From: a virus | Lineage: Duplodnaviria > Heunggongvirae > Uroviricota > Caudoviricetes | Reading direction: 5' to 3' (one strand) | IMG/VR virus record: IMGVR_UViG_3300028048_001412 | Coordinates: 173,858-237,857 of that record | DNA length: 64,000 bases | In this document: positions 62,599 to 64,000 of the stretch, piece by piece | Layout of the letters: every line of letters begins with the position of its first letter | Position numbering within the stretch: position 1 is the stretch's first letter | Notes under the pieces: model-generated | Told to the model about the DNA's origin: nothing | The model's database searches: none | The model's input: the letters and a program-made list of their open reading frames with translations, nothing else | Position numbers and translations under genes: made by a program

Positions 62599-63696
62599 AT
62601 GAAAAAGTATTTATTTTGCTTAAGAGGTTGTCCCGCAAGTGGAAAAAGTACATATTTATCTCAACATAGAGCTTCTTTAAAGCCTTATACTTTAAGTTCC
62701 GATGAAATTAGAAGATTATTTCCTTGGCAAAGAGATATAAATGGATATAAACAAACAACTACTTTTTATGAAAATGAAACTTGGAAATTATTAATGATGT
62801 TTCTTGAAAAAAGAATGCAAATAGATGATTATGTTATTTTAGATGCAACTCATTATAAATTATCTTCAATATCTCAATATAAAACATTAGCAAATAAATA
62901 TAATTTTGAAATAGTTATAGTAGATTTTTATTCAAATATAGATTTAGATACTTTAAAACAAAGAAATAAAGCAAGAGAAATATACAAAAGAGTTCCAGAC
63001 GAAGTTATTGAAAGAATGTTTGAAATCATAAATTCTACTGAAAAATCTCAATATAAAATTATTTCTCCTGATGAAATGACTAAAATAATAGAAACTAAAA
63101 GAGATTGGGTAGACGTTGGTAAATTATTTGATGATATATTTATAGATAAGAATTATAATAAAGTATTTGAAGTATTTCCTATATTTAAAAATACTGTAGA
63201 TTTTGATCAACATAATGATTGGCATACTAAAACTTTATGGTATCATACTATAGATGTAATTGAAGGATTACCATTTAATTTAAAAGATTCTATGGTATAT
63301 TGGGCGGCTTTATTTCATGATATAGGTAAATTATATACTCAATGTAAAGGAAAGAATCCAGAAGATACTAATTTGCATTATTATGGTCATCCTATTAAAT
63401 CATTAGAGATAACTAAAAATCAATTTTTACCAGTATTAAAAAATAAATATGATTATGCAGATTGTGATTTAGAAAGATTATATAGATATATTGAATTCCA
63501 TGATTTAAGATTTAAAGGAAAAGTTCCTATTCAAAAATATTTTGAAAAAGGTTTTGAAAATAAAGAAGAAATAAAATGTTTATTATATTTACAATATGCT
63601 GATTTATCTGGACATGCAAGACCTGAAGTAAATGAATTAAAGCGACAATTAGAAGAGCAATATTTAGAATATTTTGGAGAAAAAATGATACATTAA
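62599..63696 (+). CDS. polynucleotide-kinase-like P-loop domain fused to HD domain
   Basis: GCPASGKST, LSSDEIR, ILDAT; H..HT..LFHDIGK. Confidence 0.85.
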   Translation: MKKYLFCLRGCPASGKSTYLSQHRASLKPYTLSSDEIRRLFPWQRDINGYKQTTTFYENETWKLLMMFLEKRMQIDDYVILDATHYKLSSISQYKTLANKYNFEIVIVDFYSNIDLDTLKQRNKAREIYKRVPDEVIERMFEIINSTEKSQYKIISPDEMTKIIETKRDWVDVGKLFDDIFIDKNYNKVFEVFPIFKNTVDFDQHNDWHTKTLWYHTIDVIEGLPFNLKDSMVYWAALFHDIGKLYTQCKGKNPEDTNLHYYGHPIKSLEITKNQFLPVLKNKYDYADCDLERLYRYIEFHDLRFKGKVPIQKYFEKGFENKEEIKCLLYLQYADLSGHARPEVNELKRQLEEQYLEYFGEKMIH

Positions 63697-63707
63697 GGAG
63701 GTAAGAC

Positions 63708-63890
63708 ATGAAGAATTTAATTTATATATTGATATTAACTGCTTTAATTTCTACTCCTAGTATTGCATTAAAAGATATTCCCAATATTGAAAAATTAGGC
63801 CCTGAATATCAGATATGGTTAGATAAAAATACTGGGCCTGGAATAGATTTAAAGAATAATGAATTACGAGATAATAACAAAACAGAATAA
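63708..63890 (+). CDS. small exported hypothetical protein
   Basis: AAGGAGG RBS, signal-peptide-like N-terminus. Confidence 0.6.
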   Translation: MKNLIYILILTALISTPSIALKDIPNIEKLGPEYQIWLDKNTGPGIDLKNNELRDNNKTE

Positions 63891-63900
63891 TTAGATATAA

Positions 63901-64000
63901 ATGATATTTTTAGACAATCAAAAAGAACAATTTTTCAGAATGACTAATATTACTTATGATGAAGTTTATCATAAGTTATTAGATGTCCTTATAAATAAAT
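63901..64000 (+). CDS. hypothetical protein, runs off window
   Basis: Open frame MIFLDNQKEQFFRM... Confidence 0.45.
   Translation, partial: MIFLDNQKEQFFRMTNITYDEVYHKLLDVLINK

Noticed and set aside
8588-63709. Minus-strand ORFs throughout the track
   Set aside because: All are antisense to better + strand genes or non-coding elements and rich in Phe/Ile/Leu, as expected for AT-rich antisense frames.
1-64000. Stop-codon reassignment or suppressor tRNAs
   Set aside because: Long genes are intact in code 11, TAG and TGA end genes normally, and no CTA or TCA anticodon was found.

Overview
Fragment of a very AT-rich large lytic phage genome read in the standard genetic code. Essentially all real genes are on the + strand. 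The host is probably a gut Firmicute (Clostridia/Lachnospiraceae-like), inferred from GGAGG ribosome-binding sites, sigmaA-type promoters and a cell-wall-binding-repeat protein. Positions 1-14.6 kb are an RNA/translation block: 23 tRNA genes (several with non-canonical elbows, one Ser(ACT)), a tmRNA, tRNA-like and other structured spacer RNAs, and three free-standing endonuclease genes. Positions 14.7-64 kb are densely packed small genes behind a conserved TTGATT-N17-TATAAT promoter family. They include RNA maturation/repair functions (CCA-adding enzyme, Thg1-like protein, kinase-HD protein, two nucleotidyltransferases, SmpB), metabolic genes (FolD-like, dUTPase, Nudix, GNATs), a HipA-like kinase and OMEGA elements (IscB with omegaRNA, TnpB, a tnpB remnant). 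The most striking uncharacterised feature is at 6.0-8.6 kb. A 643-aa protein with a TerD-like C-terminus (probably ROT/TROVE-like) is followed by a ~630-nt non-coding unit. That unit holds five tandem RNA modules with covarying stems and a conserved UUCC motif, then a tRNA-like domain and a terminator-like hairpin. All structures and family calls were made by eye; none was computed.
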